In this document: one piece after another, positions 16,765-20,000 of the stretch
Position numbering within the stretch: the stretch's first letter is position 1
Layout of the letters: each line of letters opens with the position of its first letter
NCBI GenBank assembly: GCA_048213135.1
Contig: PS015252.1
Coordinates: 113,754 to 133,753 of the forward strand
Direction of reading: 5' to 3'
Origin: Reclinomonas americana ATCC 50394
Lineage: Eukaryota
Length of the DNA: 20,000 bases
Program-made: the position numbers and the translations under genes
Notes under the pieces: generated by a model
Seen by the model: the letters and a program-made list of their open reading frames with translations, nothing else
What the model was told of the DNA's origin: nothing
The model's database searches: none

Positions 16765-18636
16765 TAGGGAAAGGGGTGGAGGGGGAAAGGGGGAAGGGGG
16801 TGAAGGGTGAAGGGGAAAGGTTGAATGTACAATGGTTGTGAAAACAGCAAGGGTAGGAGACATACAAGTGTGCTGCTGAAATTCAATACAAGTGTAGAAG
16901 TGACGGAATGAGTCAAAGTGGTGGAGGATATATTGCAGAGAAGATGGTCCATGCAGAGAATCTCTGCTTTGTTTGCCTGGCTCTGGCCTTTTCCCGAATC
17001 CGATGTGCCGTGTACGATCGCAGAAAACACTATGCGTCTGTATGCAAGTGCGTCAAATCCACTGGCCAACCACGCTTATGCGGTGATCGCAGTTCTCGAC
17101 TTGTTCGGAGCTCCGAGAGCGAACACACACACACACACAAGGAACCTGCTGCTGCCTCAAGACTGGTGTTTGTGTTGATGTTTTGGATACGGTTGAACTT
17201 GGTCATCAAGACAGCTGTTGCTTGTTTGTTGGTGAATGAATTGTTGTTGTTGGAATGCAATGTGGCGTGAGCTGATTCGAAGTGAACGAGAGAATCCAAG
17301 CTCTGAATGCACTGACAGGTGCAAGTGGTATACAGGGTCCGAGGAATGCATCAAAAAGGCGGAGAAAATAAGCAGGAGGCAAGGCACAGTATTGAAGAAG
17401 TGGGGCGCGAACTAACAACAGACTGAGATAGACAACGGGGTGCATAGGTTGATGGTAAGAAAGAGAGAGAGAGAGAGAGCGAGAAAGATAGGATGTGACC
17501 GTGAAATGCCGTGCTTCTTCTCCCTCTCGGTGTGCTCTTCCTCACTTGCTCTCTCTCTCTCTCTCCCTCTCTCTCNNNNNNNNNNNNNNNNNNNNNNNNN
17601 NNNNNNNNNNNNNNNNNNNNNNNNNNNNNNNNNNNNNNNNNNNNNNNNNNNNNNNNNNNNNNNNNNNNNNNNNNNNNNNNNNNNNNNNNNNNNNNNNNNN
17701 NNNNNNNNNNNNNNNNNNNNNNNNNNNNNNNNNNNNNNNNNNNNNNNNNNNNNNNNNNNNNNNNNNNNNNNNNNNNNNNNNNNNNNNNNNNNNNNNNNNN
17801 NNNNNNNNNNNNNNNNNNNNNNNNNNNNNNNNNNAGGGAGAGGGAGAGGGAGAGGGAGAAAGAGAGAGAGAGAGAAAAGAGAGATAGAGAAAAAGAGAAA
17901 AAGAGACACAGAGTAGCCTGGAGAACTCTCGCAACCTACTGCATTGTCTCAGTACTGGCAACTTGCGACAACACAACAGAGCACACGCATTGCTAGGAGG
18001 ACAACAAAATACAATACGGCACGAGGAGAGAAGAGAAACTGCGAGGAACATGAACTGCCGTCTCTCTCGCCATTACCTCGGCTGCGCTGAAGCAGTTGCA
18101 GCCGCTGAGTGCAACTGCTTCGCGTGCTCTCCTGCTCTCCGCTCCACGTGTCCTCTCTCTAAAGCCTTCTCTGTTCCTCAGAAAGAAAATGACACATCAC
18201 ACTGCTGCGCAGTCTCATTTCTTTGCCTCGCATCTCGACATTGTTCATCTTGATTCTCACGAAGGTTTCTGCTCTCTCATTCTCCAAGTCTCTCTGTCTC
18301 GCCGCCTCGCTGTCTTTTAAGCATTCTCTGTTCCACGGAGAGACAGATAATCACAACGTGCTGAGCTGTCTAATTGCTATCTCTTTGCCTAACCGAGTGT
18401 ATCTCGACACAATTCCTCCAGTTTCACAAGAGCTGTATTTCCAGCTCACTTTCACGTTTCCTTGCTCTCTCTCTCTCTCTCACACACTCTCCATTTTCTC
18501 CCTTCCTCTGTCTGGCTAATCGTTCCCTACATCTGAACCTTCGCCATTCCTTTAGTGCCCCTCTCTCCTTCCCTTTCACCTCCCTCTCCCCCTTTCCCCT
18601 CGCCCCACCACCTCCCTTTCCCTTTGCCCAACAAAC

Positions 18637-19353
18637 CTCAACGTGGCCGACTTATCCGCCCCCAACGGCTGATTCGTGTGGCAGTGCACGATAATGGCCG
18701 CCGTATTGGCCTCCACACCCTCACCGTCGTACTCGAGGCGGTACGACGGATCCGGGTACTCCAGCTTCCACGCCGTGTTCCACGACGCATGTTTCGGCTG
18801 CGGCGTCGCGCCCACCTCTTGCCTGTGCGACTTTTCCGAAAACGAGCCAATGCCCTGCGGCTCGCTGTGCAGGTACAGCTGCGGGTAGTCGTCGCCCGTC
18901 AGCTCCTCGCACGCGCGCAGCCGGAACGGCTGTCCGTAGTGCAGCACGTCGCCCTCGCCCATGGCTTCGTATTGCGCGAGCAAGAGGTCTCTGTGTTTTT
19001 GGCAATGAGCAAGGGGGGAAACAAAGGGGGGTAGTGTTTGCAGATCAAGATCGCAACTTGGAATCCTCAATCTTCTCCAGCTCAAACACGCAGCGTGCAC
19101 ATGGATGCGCGCACTCCGACGTCGTCACGTCAAACAGGGTCTTCTCGCCCGGGTGCCGTGAGTCGAGGTTGAGGCACAGGTAGGCGGAGCTCTGCACGTG
19201 GAAGAGGAGGACGCGGGAGCCGAAGCGCACGCGGCCGTCGGCGGGGGTCGGCGTCACCGGGACGTCCTTGAGGTGGCGGTCGCGGCGGGCCTGGATGCGG
19301 TGGGAGACGAGTTCGCCGCGCTCCTTCTTCTTCAGGTATTCGCGGAGCTTAGA
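18637..19353 (-). CDS. CFAP161: Cilia- and flagella-associated protein 161 (C15orf26 family), internal exons only
   Basis: Exons 19353-19058 (SKLREYLKKKERGEL..DGRVRFGSRVLLFH..PCARCVFEL) and 18990-18637 (LHYGQPFRL..LYLHS..SEKSHRQEV..W....DPSYRLEYDGEGVEAN..IIVHCHTNQPL) match the CFAP161 motif pattern as recalled. The first exon lies beyond 20000. The last exon is probably in gap 17576-17834. Confidence 0.85.
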
Positions 19354-19765
19354 CTGCGGGAGAGGAGAAGGGTGGGGAGGGTGAGAAGAAGGAGAAGGGG
19401 GAGAAGAAAAGGAGAAGGGGGAGGAGAGGGGGAAGGGGGAGGAGAGGGGGAGGAGAGGGGGAGAAGGGGAAGGAACAGGGGGAGGGGGAGGGGAAGGAGA
19501 GGGGGGAAGGTGGCAGGGAATACAATAGAGTGGAAAACAAGCAGATTATGGGGCTGAGAGCGGATGGAATGACTGAGAAACAGGCCGAGGGACAGATGCG
19601 AGGACGACATGCAGAGACCAGGACAGAAAGATAGGGATGCGGTGTATCAGGAGAAAGTGGGCGTACATGCGAGAGAGGAAAATTGAGAGACGCAGTGATG
19701 ACAGACGAGGACGGAAACAAAGGGAACCTGAGTAATGAGCGGGCGAACAAGAGGGAGAAATGGAA

Positions 19766-19797
<32 letters not shown>

Positions 19798-19950
19798 GAA
19801 ACATGAGAGATACAGTGATGACACCAAGCAGACGCAAAGATAGGGAACCAGAAGGGATCAGGAGAGAGTGGGCGTACAAGAGGGTGAGGAAATATGAGAA
19901 ACACAGCGATGACAACAAGAGAAGAGACGACGACAGAAAGATAGAATAAA

Positions 19951-19953
<3 letters not shown>

Positions 19954-19997
<44 letters not shown>
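19954..19997. repeat. (GA)n microsatellite in a CFAP161 intron
   Basis: Perfect GA run at the end of the window. Confidence 0.95.

Positions 19998-20000
<3 letters not shown>

Noticed and set aside
16830..17440. Several short ORFs between the GH3 gene and CFAP161
   Set aside because: No recognisable motif or consistent splice model was found. The region is probably 3' UTR or intergenic.

Overview
Intron-rich, gene-dense eukaryotic DNA, most likely from a flagellated protist (organism not identified). It contains many GA/CT/CA microsatellites and five N-gaps. Six spliced genes can be built by hand with GT-AG introns: (1) a minus-strand hypothetical gene running off the left edge, with a possible degenerate OTU-like segment; (2) an RBR (RING-IBR-RING) E3 ligase with a Pro/Gln-rich N-terminus; (3) a putative Erf4/GOLGA7-like membrane protein; (4) a basic protein with an IQ-like motif; (5) a GH3/GHDC-like adenylate-forming enzyme with degenerate nucleotide-binding motifs; (6) a partial CFAP161. 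The main points of interest are long introns with a purine-rich 5' arm and a roughly complementary pyrimidine-rich 3' arm, a recurring GTTGCG splice donor, gene spacings of only 46-85 nt, and an untrimmed mate-pair adaptor that creates a false exon duplication. All gene models are manual and lack transcript support. No database searches were run.
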